Shown here piece after piece: positions 28,009 to 37,432 of a stretch of DNA of 64,000 nt (the stretch's first letter is position 1; each line of letters starts with the position of its first letter). The translations under genes were made by a program, and so were the position numbers. Location: NCBI GenBank assembly GCA_946409545.1, contig CAMJWT010000005.1:9708-73707 (forward strand). Direction: 5' to 3'. The notes beneath the pieces were generated by a model. That model saw only the letters and a program-made list of their open reading frames with translations, was not told where the DNA came from and ran no database searches. This DNA is from an uncultured Clostridia bacterium. Lineage in GTDB: Bacteria > Bacillota_I > Bacilli_A > RF39 > UBA660.

Positions 28009-29498
28009 CCTTTATGTCCACCAACTTCCTTATTTCTTTCAATTGTTGTAGCTCCATCTTCTAAATCCATACCTTTAATTATGGCATTTTTTCCATATTT
28101 ATTTTTTATATTAATAATTGTTCTTTGAATAATTCTTTCTTCTTTTTCTGATTCTAATTCTTTTTCTTTCTTTTTATCTTCTTCCATATTATTAGAGAAT
28201 AAATCAAATTGTTTATATATTTTTTTATCAACAACTTCATTTTCATTAATTAAATTACATACTGTAATATTAATTCTTCTTGTTAATAACTTTGAATTTA
28301 CAATTCGATTATAAAGTTTAATAACCGCTTCCATAATAATTTTTGTTGATGAAGTATAATGATCTAATCGAATCGTTCCATGGGCTTCCTTAGGAACCAT
28401 TCTTCCATAAAAATCTTTCTTTATTTCACCATTATATTCACACATAATCTTTGGATTATCTAAATTAGAGCCATCATAAAATACCGTTAAAACAATTTGA
28501 TTAGTTACAAAATGTTTATTGACCATTTCTAAAGTTAATAACTCTGTCATTTCATCAACAATTATTTTCGTTTTTTTATAGTCATATGGTTCATGAAGAA
28601 CTTGTCCTGATGACAAGCAGTTTGACTTAGGTTTATAGTTCTTGATATCTTTCATTGTACAAGGTTCATAACCCCATGCGTGATCAATTAAAATTTCGGC
28701 GTTTACACCAAAGAGTTTAAATAATTTATCTTCATCATTAATTGAGCATAAACAAATATCACCCATCGTATGCATACCATTTTCAATTAATCGTTTAGAG
28801 ATACCTTTTCCTACTCTCCAAAAATCCGTTAGAGGTTCATGTTCCCATAATAATTTTCGATATGTCATTTCATCAAGCTTTGCGATTCTTACACCTTGTT
28901 CATTAGCTTTTACATGCTTAGCAACAATATCCATAGCAACTTTAGCAAGATATAAATTGGTTCCAATACCACCTGTTGCAGTAATACCAGTTGTATTATA
29001 TACATCCTGAATAATAGTTGTTATTAATTCTTCACCTTTCTTTTTATATAATTTCAAATAATTTGTAATATCTAAGAAACATTCATCAATAGAATATACA
29101 TAAATATCTTCTGGTGCTAGATACTTAAGATAAATATTATATATTTGATTGCTATATTTCATATATAATTTCATTCTTGGAGTTGCAACAAGATAATCAA
29201 GTTCAAGACGAGGATTATTTTTCAAATCAATATCATTATGTGACTTGCCTATAAAATCACCTTTTATAGATTCTTTTCTTTTTTGATTAATTTCTTTTAC
29301 TTTTTGAACAACTTCAAAAAGTCTAGCTCGGCCACCTAAGCCATATTGTTTAAGAGATGGCGTTACTGCAAGACAAATTGTTTTTTCTGTTCTTGATTTA
29401 TCAGCAACAACTAAATTAGTTGTTAAAGGATTAAGTTTCCTTTCAACACATTCAACAGATGCATAAAAACTTTTTAAATCGATACATGCATAAACCAT
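28005..29498 (-). CDS. Y-family (UmuC/DinB/UvrX-like) translesion DNA polymerase
   Basis: The N-terminus MVYACIDLKSFYASVECVERKLNP, plus SIDECFLDIT and GIGTNLYLAKVAMD, are ImpB/MucB/SamB family motifs. Confidence 0.8.
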   Translation of the reverse strand: MVYACIDLKSFYASVECVERKLNPLTTNLVVADKSRTEKTICLAVTPSLKQYGLGGRARLFEVVQKVKEINQKRKESIKGDFIGKSHNDIDLKNNPRLELDYLVATPRMKLYMKYSNQIYNIYLKYLAPEDIYVYSIDECFLDITNYLKLYKKKGEELITTIIQDVYNTTGITATGGIGTNLYLAKVAMDIVAKHVKANEQGVRIAKLDEMTYRKLLWEHEPLTDFWRVGKGISKRLIENGMHTMGDICLCSINDEDKLFKLFGVNAEILIDHAWGYEPCTMKDIKNYKPKSNCLSSGQVLHEPYDYKKTKIIVDEMTELLTLEMVNKHFVTNQIVLTVFYDGSNLDNPKIMCEYNGEIKKDFYGRMVPKEAHGTIRLDHYTSSTKIIMEAVIKLYNRIVNSKLLTRRINITVCNLINENEVVDKKIYKQFDLFSNNMEEDKKKEKELESEKEERIIQRTIINIKNKYGKNAIIKGMDLEDGATTIERNKEVGGHKG

Positions 29499-29506
29499 AA
29501 TATCAC

Positions 29507-30814
29507 CTATTTTTTCAATTCATTTACTCTTCGTAGAATCTCTTTAAAGTTTTTTTCTTGACCAATCTCTGTTGGATGATAATAATGTTTATTCTTTAAT
29601 GGTTCAGGCATACATTCCATTTTGGCAATATGATTTTCAAAATTATGAGCATATTTATATCCTTTACCATTTCCCATTTCTTCATCAAGTTTGGTAACCG
29701 CGTTACGTAGGTGCATTGGTACCTTTACATCCATTGTTTTCTTAGCGTCCCCACTTGCTTCACCATAAGCAACTTCCAATGAATTACTCTTTGGACAAAG
29801 AGATAAATAAGTAACACATTGCGTTAAGATAACATTACACTCAGGAACTCCGATATAATGACATGCATCATAACATGCTACTGCTTGTAATAGTGCATTA
29901 GGGTTAGCTAGTCCTACATCTTCAGATGAAAAACGAATAAGTCTTCTTGCGATATAAAGTGGATCCTCACCTGACTCTAACATACGAGACATATAATAAA
30001 TAGCAGCATCGGGATCACTATTTCGCATCGATTTATGAAGAGCGGAAATTAAATTATAATGCTCTTCCCCATTTTTATCATATAAAAATACTTTATTATC
30101 TAAAATTTTATTAATATTTTTATCATTAATTGTCTTCTTACCTTTTTCAATTGGTGTTAAGTTAATAACATTTTCTAAGGTATTTAATGCGCCTCTTGCG
30201 TCACCCGAAGAATTACTAGCAATTAGTTTTAGTACACTATCTGTTACTTTAACATTTTTATAATCTTCATTTTTCTTTAAAGCTCGTTTTAGTATACCAA
30301 CTAAATCATCAATTGTTAAACTATGAAGAGCATAAACTTTACAACGCGATAACAAAGCGGAATTAACTTCAAAAGAAGGATTCTCAGTTGTTGCCCCAAT
30401 TAAAATTATTAAACCACTTTCAACATGAGGTAAGAAAGCATCTTGTTGAGCTTTATTAAACCTATGAATTTCATCTACAAAAACAATTGTTTTACGATTA
30501 TTAAATTGATTAAGACGTGCTGTTTCCACAATCTTTTTAATATCATTAACACCACTAGTTACCGCACTAACTTCATAAAAAGCAGAACTAGTTTCATGAG
30601 CAATAATCTTAGCTAATGTTGTTTTACCAACACCTGGAGGTCCAAAGAAAATCATTGATGTAATACTATCACTTTCAATCATTTTTCTAATTGCAGAATT
30701 CTCACCAACCACATCTTCTTGCCCAAAAAATTCATCCAAAGTTTGTGGTCTCATTTTATAAGCAAGTGGTTTAAAATCATATTTTTCTTCAGTTACATCA
30801 AATAAAGTATTCAT
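29507..30814 (-). CDS. rarA: Replication-associated recombination protein A (MgsA/RarA AAA+ ATPase)
   Basis: MRPQTLDEFFGQ, Walker A GPPGVGKTTLA, VFVDEIHRFNK, and the C-terminal MgsA domain (HYNLISALHKSMRNSDPDAAIYY). I trimmed the start to MNTLFD at 30814 (GGAGGG RBS). Confidence 0.85.
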   Translation of the reverse strand: MNTLFDVTEEKYDFKPLAYKMRPQTLDEFFGQEDVVGENSAIRKMIESDSITSMIFFGPPGVGKTTLAKIIAHETSSAFYEVSAVTSGVNDIKKIVETARLNQFNNRKTIVFVDEIHRFNKAQQDAFLPHVESGLIILIGATTENPSFEVNSALLSRCKVYALHSLTIDDLVGILKRALKKNEDYKNVKVTDSVLKLIASNSSGDARGALNTLENVINLTPIEKGKKTINDKNINKILDNKVFLYDKNGEEHYNLISALHKSMRNSDPDAAIYYMSRMLESGEDPLYIARRLIRFSSEDVGLANPNALLQAVACYDACHYIGVPECNVILTQCVTYLSLCPKSNSLEVAYGEASGDAKKTMDVKVPMHLRNAVTKLDEEMGNGKGYKYAHNFENHIAKMECMPEPLKNKHYYHPTEIGQEKNFKEILRRVNELKK

Positions 30815-30843
30815 ACACCCTCCGTTTCTTATATTATAACAAA

Positions 30844-30873
30844 AAATAGATATTATTTGCATAATATCTATTT
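30844..30873 (-). terminator. Intrinsic terminator after rtcB copy 1
   Basis: 13-bp hairpin AAATAGATATTAT-ttgc-ATAATATCTATTT overlapping the rtcB stop codon at 30868. Confidence 0.55.
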
Positions 30874-32100
30874 CATTTTACTAATCCCTTTATCTTTTTC
30901 AAAAGGCATTTCTGCTGCCTTAAAATTATATACAGGTTTAATTATTCTTTCAACTTCTACAGTTGGTATTATATAACTTCTTATTTCTTCTAAACTTTTA
31001 TAGGCAAATGGAGATTCGTCAATAGTATCTTCATTTACTGATGAAGTATATATACCTCTCATCGATTCTTGATAATCTAGAAGATTGATGCGTTCTCGTG
31101 CTTGTGTTCGGGACATTATTCTTCCAGCCCCATGTGGAGCGGAGTAATTCCAATCAGGATTTCCTTTACCAACACCAATTATACAACCATCTCTCATATT
31201 AATAGGAATAATTACTCTTTCACCTTCACGAGCTGATATTGCTCCTTTTCTAACAATGTTATCAGAAAATGAAATATAATTGTGAACTGATTCAAAATAA
31301 TTATCTAATTTCCACCCCATATGCTCAGCAATTCTTTTTGCAATCGTAAATCTATTTATAATTGCAAATTCCTGACATATCATCATATCATGTAAATAAG
31401 ATTCTCGATACTTACCATCTAAATAAGATAAATTTTGTGGAATGTCATTTAAATATTCTCTATATTCTGAAATCAATTGTTCTAATTGTGACTGAATCTC
31501 GTTTCCTTTTCCTAATTCTTTACATCTTTTGATTATTTCAACTCTTTTTATACGATACTCATTATATTTTTTTACACGAATTTGATTTGCAATGCCTTGA
31601 TAATAATTGGCAACTTGTGTACCTAAATTTCTAGAGCCTGTATGAATTATCAAATATTTTTCACCATCTTCGCTCTCATCTATTTCGATAAAATGATTAC
31701 CACCACCTAAAGATCCTAAAGATTTTTCAAGCCAATCAATATTTTTCAACTGACTATAGCAAAATAATCTTTTTAAATCAAAATCTTTAATTTTAGAAGA
31801 ATTTACTTCTAAACCACTAGGTATCTGAGTATTAATGAAATCGTCAAGTTTTTTATAATCAATATCAATTTTTCCTAAAGAAACACAAAGCATTCCACAA
31901 CCAATATCAACACCAACTATACTTGGAATAACTTTATCTCCTAAATCTCCAGTAAAACCAATTACGCTTCCTTTTCCAGCATGAACATCTGGCATAATTC
32001 TAATTTTACTATTTTTAAAAGCTTCTAATTTAGCTAATGTATCAATTTGTTTTCTTGCATCATCTTCAATATTATCAGTAAAAATTTTTATATTACTCAT
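30868..32100 (-). CDS. rtcB: RNA 3'-phosphate/5'-OH ligase RtcB, copy 1
   Basis: 410 aa with MPDVHAGKG, DIGCGM, GGGNHFIEID, HTGSRNLG, HNY and SAPHGAGR, which are the RtcB metal and GMP-histidine motifs. Confidence 0.9.
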   Translation of the reverse strand: MSNIKIFTDNIEDDARKQIDTLAKLEAFKNSKIRIMPDVHAGKGSVIGFTGDLGDKVIPSIVGVDIGCGMLCVSLGKIDIDYKKLDDFINTQIPSGLEVNSSKIKDFDLKRLFCYSQLKNIDWLEKSLGSLGGGNHFIEIDESEDGEKYLIIHTGSRNLGTQVANYYQGIANQIRVKKYNEYRIKRVEIIKRCKELGKGNEIQSQLEQLISEYREYLNDIPQNLSYLDGKYRESYLHDMMICQEFAIINRFTIAKRIAEHMGWKLDNYFESVHNYISFSDNIVRKGAISAREGERVIIPINMRDGCIIGVGKGNPDWNYSAPHGAGRIMSRTQARERINLLDYQESMRGIYTSSVNEDTIDESPFAYKSLEEIRSYIIPTVEVERIIKPVYNFKAAEMPFEKDKGISKMK

Positions 32101-32112
32101 TGCATCACCAAA

Positions 32113-32487
32113 TTACATTCTAGTTTTACCGCCATAATAATCAATTAAGTGTTGCATTTCTGCTTTAACTTTATCATTCGCATATCCAAAGAAATATTCA
32201 TGATCAATATCTTCATATGCTAAATTTTCAATGATAATACCTACTCCAAAATTAACAACAGTCTCATCTTCTGATGATAACATCTTACTTAATAATGATG
32301 CCATTCTTTTTGTAACATCATCGTTTTTATTCTTTATTTCAGGAATTGCATATGGCAAAAATGTTAATATAGTAAATTCATAGGCATCACCATATACAGG
32401 TTGATTAACTACCAGTTCCTTATATTCGTTCTCCAAATTAGGAAATTCATTTATGATTAATTTAAGTATTTCAGCATCATTTTGCAT
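32113..32487 (-). CDS. Small acidic cytoplasmic protein in the immunity-gene position downstream of the toxin
   Basis: 124 aa, trimmed to MQNDAEIL because AAAGGAGA lies 6 nt upstream. It starts 47 nt after the toxin stop and ends 12 nt before rtcB copy 1. It has no TM or signal peptide. I did not recognise a family. Confidence 0.5.
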   Translation of the reverse strand: MQNDAEILKLIINEFPNLENEYKELVVNQPVYGDAYEFTILTFLPYAIPEIKNKNDDVTKRMASLLSKMLSSEDETVVNFGVGIIIENLAYEDIDHEYFFGYANDKVKAEMQHLIDYYGGKTRM

Positions 32488-32534
32488 TTTTATGTCTCCT
32501 TTCATTGAGTTTATGCATTATTTTATATTCAATA

Positions 32535-35500
32535 TTATTTTGTTCGTACACTATCTAATTCGTTAAGAAGCCAATTAAGTACGTAAAGATCTCTTTCTGT
32601 ATAGTGACCAACTCTAAGATTATTAACTTTTCTATTTGGATCAAATGGTTGATATGTTCCACCTTTTGCTACCCTCTCTTGTTGTATTCGCTCCCAATTA
32701 TCTCTATTTTTTTGCCATTGTTCATAGGCAGCCTTTCTTTTTTCAAAGAATTTATAACCATTATCTACTTTAGTCTGATGTGTTTTATTTGTTCCGTCAA
32801 CACCTGATCCAGTAGTTCTTTCACTTCTTACAGCATCTGCAGAACCACCATCTCCATGATAATTATTGCCTTCTCTTCCACGATATAATTGATCTATTTG
32901 AGCTTTTAGCTCTGGATCATCAGTCATAGCTTTTAGCATTTCTCCAAGAACATTTACACTTTTTCCTTTTTGGGCTGCTACTTTGTAGAAAATTTCATTC
33001 ATATAATCATCATATAAACCTGCGTCTTTTAATTTTTGTGCTATTTCTTTTGCATGTGGTTCATTAAGCTTTTCTAAAACAAAATTACGAGCTTTTCTCC
33101 ATGCATCTTCTGCAGCTTCAGGTGTCATACCATTCTTTTGAGCTTCAGCAAGGAATGCGTCCTTTTGAGACTCAGAATAATTCCACATTGCTTCTGAATC
33201 ACTTGGAGAAACACCGTCTTGTTTAGCTCTTAAATAGAATTGCTCTTCTTCAGTCAATTTAATATACATTTGACCTTCGTAATCATTTATATCACTTGCA
33301 GGGATAACAAAGATATTACCATTAGCATCAACTTTTTGGTAATTATTGGTATTAGGATCATATAGAATATGTTCCCCTTCACCAAGTTTAATTCCCATTT
33401 TTCTTGCAGTTTCATCATCAATATTGATTGGCATATCAGCTGAATGATTATATTGATAAGTTTGAACAGCTTGAACAAGTAAACTATTAGGATGTTTTTT
33501 ACAATAATCTTCCCATATTTTTCCGCCAGCAGCTTTTAAAGCTAATACTTTTTTTCCTATGGATGAATCCCACATCTTTTGTTCAACATTTGCACAAAAC
33601 TCTTGATAACTACTTCCTGTAACCGCTATTGTAACACCATTTGCAATCGTTAACAATACTTTGTTTGTACCATTCATGATTGCTGCAGTAAATGCACCTT
33701 GAATAGCAGCTTCAAAACCTTGTTCAGTTAATTTACTTATATCAAATGGTTCACCAAGTATTACACTTCTTAGACCTCCATCTAAATATGTACCAAGTAA
33801 AGTTCTTACTGCTTGTTGTCCCATACCTTTTAAATATCCTTGAAGAGTATCAAGGGCTGCCGTGTTACCATTAAGTCCGGCGATACCACTTAAGCATCTA
33901 TTTAATACAGCCGTCGATACACCAGACAATGCTCCATATAAATATGCTCGAGCACTTGATGCTCCACTCTGCATAGCTGATTCAGTACTAGCACCAAACG
34001 CTGCTGCAGCTTGTAATATTGGACTCAATACTTTTCCAACTCCTGGAATAAAATATGCGAGGGTTGGAATAGCTTGTTGACCAACAGATGACATAATCTG
34101 ATAATTTGCTTTTAATATCTCACGATTTACTGGAGATAACCCTTTATTATATATATTTTCTTCACCTAATAAGGAAAGCATAAACATATTTCGATAATCT
34201 TCAGCGCTTCTAATACCATCTGCATCCCAAATATGACCTATATTGTTGAAAAAGCCTTCTATTCCGTCTTTAAAACCATCCCATCCAGATCTTAAGAATC
34301 CATCAATACCACCATATTCCATAATTCTTAAAGCCGCTTCTTCATAACCTTTTCGTTGGTTAATCAAATCTTCCATGGCTTTTAAATAACCTTCAGCTTC
34401 AGAATTACGACCAGTTTCTTTGAACATTGTATAAAGAGCAAGTTCTTTTTGATCTAAATATTTTAATCTACCATCAGTTGTATTACTATAGTCTCTTACT
34501 AAATAATCAAGATATTCTTTTGTAGACATATCACCTTCAAAAGGCATTATCTTTTCATATTGCTTATAATTATATATAGTATTTGATAAACTTTGAATAC
34601 TTTCTCTTAATTCTTTTTCATTTTTCAAAAGATAAGAAGTAAGATCAGCAGCATTTAAATTTTTTACCTCTTCACTTAATGTATCTTCATTAAAGACCGT
34701 TACAGCTCTTGTTGTAGATAACTGATTAAAAATTCTATTTTTTAAACAATTTATTGCACTTTCATTATTTTGAATATCGTCCCAGTAAGTTTTACCGTTA
34801 CAATTCTTATAATACTCTTCTATAAACTCTCGATCACTTGTTTGACATGATAAATATTCTTGCAAAAAAAGAGCTTCTGCACGATCAGCTGGAGCATATC
34901 CACCTGTCCCGCATGAAATGGGAATATCTCCCATTCCAGATTCTTTCCAACTTTGGCCAGAACTATATTTATACAACTTATTAAAAACGTCATTCTCAAT
35001 TATGAAATCAAAAGTATCAGACATTGCACTAAGGTCCATTACTTCATATTTATTACGAACAATACTATCACCGAGTCCAAGTCCATTTATAATTCCATAT
35101 AATAAATTAGCAAAATCGGAATTAAATAATAAATCATTATAACCGTATTTTTCTTCATATTCATTCTTTAATTGCTCTAATTGAGTTTCATAATCCTGTA
35201 TTAAATTAGCTAAATAAATTTTTCTTTCTTCTAATGGTCTATCATAAAACTCTTTCGTTTCAGGATCCATATACGAATTAAGAGAAAATATTTCACCAAT
35301 AATAGAATTAATAACGATTCCCAAATTATGATCAATATTCTCATATGCTTGTAATGAATAATCAACATTTGTCACAATATTTGTTAATAATTCACTTGTT
35401 TTGTCTATTCTTTCTGTCGGATCAGTATTTGCTGCAACAACCGTATCATAATACGTCAATAATTCACCATCCAAAGCACTTGTCGTATATAATCCTTTTA

Positions 35501-36329
35501 CACTTTCCATGCTAGTTAAGGAATTATCATGATATTCCATTACTCTATTGAATCTATCAACGTCTATATGAATTTTATAATTTTGACCAGTGGCATTTTG
35601 CAAACGATATGTCTCTTGACTTTTGGAAAATTCACTTAAACTTTTTCCTGAACTTAATTCTTCATTAATAGCAGCAATACCATCACCTAATGTTGCATCT
35701 TTGTCTAACTTTCTTAAAGTTTTCCCATTTATTTTTATTTCATATGTACCATCTTCATTTAAAACTATTTCAGCATCATATTCGTCTTCAGGAAGATATT
35801 GTTTTAAATAGTTTTCTAATACTTTTTTATTCTCTTCATCAATTTTATCTGCTGCTGTATATGTTGGATTAGATTCTACTGATTTTTTTACTTCTTCACA
35901 AACTTTATCGCCTTTACCTTCTTCGTAATCAACAATATGTTTTTCACCATCAATAACAACCTCACATTTACCATCTCTAAAAGTTATTGATTCAACAGTC
36001 TTTCCAGTATCTTTTTCGATTTGGGCAATTATGGATTCTGCAGAATCAGTTGTTTCACCATATGTATGATTAACATAGTCATTAGAATTAGACCTTCTTA
36101 AACTTTGATCATATTCAGCATTTCTTAATATTTCTTCTAACTCACCATATGTAGTACTGTTATCAACAATTGCTACAATTTTAATATCGTCTTCTACTCC
36201 ATTTAAATATATATATGTTTTATCCCCTTTTCTCTCATATATAAATTGAGAATTTCCATATACATTTATTGATGGATCATTAATATCAAATGCTTGATCT
36301 TCTTTTTCCTGTCCATAGTAATTCGCCAT
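32535..36329 (-). CDS. 1264-aa polymorphic-toxin-like protein (putative T7SS-type effector) with a variable-looking ~110-aa C-terminal module
   Basis: The N-terminus is hydrophilic with no signal peptide. It has a long helical middle and a Gly/Ala-rich hydrophobic segment (IPTLAYFIPGVGKVLSPILQAAAAFGAS..). The C-terminal module is YHGDGGSADAVRSERTTGSGVDGTNKTHQTKV... Small helical partner genes precede it and a small immunity-like gene follows. Confidence 0.6.
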   Translation of the reverse strand: MANYYGQEKEDQAFDINDPSINVYGNSQFIYERKGDKTYIYLNGVEDDIKIVAIVDNSTTYGELEEILRNAEYDQSLRRSNSNDYVNHTYGETTDSAESIIAQIEKDTGKTVESITFRDGKCEVVIDGEKHIVDYEEGKGDKVCEEVKKSVESNPTYTAADKIDEENKKVLENYLKQYLPEDEYDAEIVLNEDGTYEIKINGKTLRKLDKDATLGDGIAAINEELSSGKSLSEFSKSQETYRLQNATGQNYKIHIDVDRFNRVMEYHDNSLTSMESVKGLYTTSALDGELLTYYDTVVAANTDPTERIDKTSELLTNIVTNVDYSLQAYENIDHNLGIVINSIIGEIFSLNSYMDPETKEFYDRPLEERKIYLANLIQDYETQLEQLKNEYEEKYGYNDLLFNSDFANLLYGIINGLGLGDSIVRNKYEVMDLSAMSDTFDFIIENDVFNKLYKYSSGQSWKESGMGDIPISCGTGGYAPADRAEALFLQEYLSCQTSDREFIEEYYKNCNGKTYWDDIQNNESAINCLKNRIFNQLSTTRAVTVFNEDTLSEEVKNLNAADLTSYLLKNEKELRESIQSLSNTIYNYKQYEKIMPFEGDMSTKEYLDYLVRDYSNTTDGRLKYLDQKELALYTMFKETGRNSEAEGYLKAMEDLINQRKGYEEAALRIMEYGGIDGFLRSGWDGFKDGIEGFFNNIGHIWDADGIRSAEDYRNMFMLSLLGEENIYNKGLSPVNREILKANYQIMSSVGQQAIPTLAYFIPGVGKVLSPILQAAAAFGASTESAMQSGASSARAYLYGALSGVSTAVLNRCLSGIAGLNGNTAALDTLQGYLKGMGQQAVRTLLGTYLDGGLRSVILGEPFDISKLTEQGFEAAIQGAFTAAIMNGTNKVLLTIANGVTIAVTGSSYQEFCANVEQKMWDSSIGKKVLALKAAGGKIWEDYCKKHPNSLLVQAVQTYQYNHSADMPINIDDETARKMGIKLGEGEHILYDPNTNNYQKVDANGNIFVIPASDINDYEGQMYIKLTEEEQFYLRAKQDGVSPSDSEAMWNYSESQKDAFLAEAQKNGMTPEAAEDAWRKARNFVLEKLNEPHAKEIAQKLKDAGLYDDYMNEIFYKVAAQKGKSVNVLGEMLKAMTDDPELKAQIDQLYRGREGNNYHGDGGSADAVRSERTTGSGVDGTNKTHQTKVDNGYKFFEKRKAAYEQWQKNRDNWERIQQERVAKGGTYQPFDPNRKVNNLRVGHYTERDLYVLNWLLNELDSVRTK

Positions 36330-36341
36330 AATATCACCTTT

Positions 36342-36683
36342 TTATTCTATTTCTGAAGAATTATCAGTTGATTCATCTGTAGTCTCGGATTGAGCGGCAA
36401 GTCTACGTCTTTCTTCTTCCTCTATTCTTCTATCTATTTCTTCAGCTTTTGTACTAATTAAAGATTTATAATTTCCTAAATCAGATACTAGCGAATCAAT
36501 TTCATCTTTTATTTCTTTATTGCCTACAATTACATTATATGTTAATAAATCGTGAACATTTTCAGGATCTAATCCTAATTCTCTATCAACATTATTTAAA
36601 GATGTCTTTGCTGTTTCTAATTCACCTTCTACTTTACTAACACTACCACTATAACTAGCTGCTTCATTTACATATTTTCCCAT
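36342..36683 (-). CDS. Small helical protein with an acidic C-tail (Lap/chaperone-like partner of the toxin)
   Basis: 113 aa with coiled-coil-like heptads and the C-tail EEERRRLAAQSETTDESTDNSSEIE. It has an AGGAGA RBS and sits 12 nt upstream of the toxin start. Confidence 0.45.
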   Translation of the reverse strand: MGKYVNEAASYSGSVSKVEGELETAKTSLNNVDRELGLDPENVHDLLTYNVIVGNKEIKDEIDSLVSDLGNYKSLISTKAEEIDRRIEEEERRRLAAQSETTDESTDNSSEIE

Positions 36684-36684
36684 A

Positions 36685-36981
36685 CTAGTCTCCTATTCCT
36701 ACTCCACGTTTCATTTGATCGTTAGTTGTATAGTAAAGTTGATTTAATTGTTTTATTGTAGTTGCTAGATTTCCCATTGATGTACACGTTTTCTTTGATT
36801 CTATTAGATAATTTATCAACGACTCTTTTAATACTTTTCCTGTTGGTGAATTATATTTTTTTTCTAAATCATCAGAAAGTAAAATTAAATAATCAAGCAT
36901 CTCATCTAATTTTTTAGATTCATCTTCAAGGTCTTTTGAAAATGTATCAATAGTCTCCGAGTTAATTACTGTATTATACAT
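36685..36981 (-). CDS. Small helical-hairpin protein (WXG100/Lap-like, no WxG)
   Basis: 98 aa, trimmed to MYNTVINSE (AAGGGGTGA RBS). The ATG overlaps the upstream stop (ATGTATAA). Composition is predicted all-alpha. Confidence 0.45.
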   Translation of the reverse strand: MYNTVINSETIDTFSKDLEDESKKLDEMLDYLILLSDDLEKKYNSPTGKVLKESLINYLIESKKTCTSMGNLATTIKQLNQLYYTTNDQMKRGVGIGD

Positions 36982-37309
36982 CTTCAATTTCACCCCTTTT
37001 TCGCTTTTCATTTCTTATTTGTTCCAATATTTCTTCGAACGTTTTCTTAATATCTTCCATTCCATCAGTATAATCTCCTAATGCTTTATCAAAAAAACCA
37101 ATATATAAATCAAGCATTCTAGGAATAACTGATAAATCATAAAGTTTATTACTAAATAAATCCAAAGCCGTAGTACTAGCAGTTCCTTCCCACTCTAATT
37201 TATCTTGTAATTTCGCAACAACATCTAATTCATTTCTAAATTCTTCAACTCTATTTTTGAATTCCTCTTTATAGTCTCCAAAACTACTAAAGTCCATATG
37301 ATATTGCAT
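36974..37309 (-). CDS. Small WXG/LXG-N-terminal-like helical protein
   Basis: 111 aa, trimmed to MQYHMDF (AGGTGA RBS). KLQDKLEWEGTASTTALDLF followed by MLDLYIGFFDKALGDY parallels the WxG turn of EsxA-like proteins and the ..KGKG..AI..FY...FL.FF..FI.EY.. pattern of LXG N-termini. Confidence 0.5.
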   Translation of the reverse strand: MQYHMDFSSFGDYKEEFKNRVEEFRNELDVVAKLQDKLEWEGTASTTALDLFSNKLYDLSVIPRMLDLYIGFFDKALGDYTDGMEDIKKTFEEILEQIRNEKRKRGEIEDV

Positions 37310-37352
37310 ATAATCACCTACTTTACACTTCATTCTATACTTATCTAATCGT

Positions 37353-37360
37353 ATTATACA
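37353..37360 (-). promoter_or_regulatory. Extended -10 element (TGTATAAT) for the toxin cassette operon
   Basis: The minus strand reads tttttTGTATAATacg about 45 nt upstream of the ATG at 37309, just downstream of the rtcB copy 2 terminator. Confidence 0.4.
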
Positions 37361-37432
37361 AAAAAATAATATTCATTTAAAGACAACAGATTACTTTTAA
37401 CATTATTTAACATTTAATTTTACATAAAAAAA

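Noticed and set aside
27604-29498. The Y-family polymerase/YolD pair (together with the lysozyme-like gene at 59807-60751) as evidence of a prophage or ICE.
   Set aside because: The window contains no integrase, recombinase, terminase, capsid, tail or conjugation genes, and I saw no flanking direct repeats. Both loci sit within ordinary chromosomal operons.
29507-30862. N-terminal extensions in the tracked ORFs. Examples include rarA at 30862, the trypsin-like gene at 20595, GNAT at 58808, the 188-aa ORF at 47433, and the immunity-like gene at 32505.
   Set aside because: In each case an internal ATG or GTG is preceded at 5-8 nt by a GGAGG/AGGTGA-type RBS. Using it removes overlaps with upstream genes or terminators and restores family-typical N-termini, so I used the shorter coordinates.
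32604-35872. Several plus-strand ORFs antisense to the toxin gene (32604-32807, 33862-34080, 34918-35142, 35623-35872), plus an out-of-frame same-strand ORF at 33287-33478.
   Set aside because: All are embedded in the uninterrupted 1264-codon frame and none has a convincing RBS. A hidden antisense immunity gene cannot be formally excluded, but nothing supports one.
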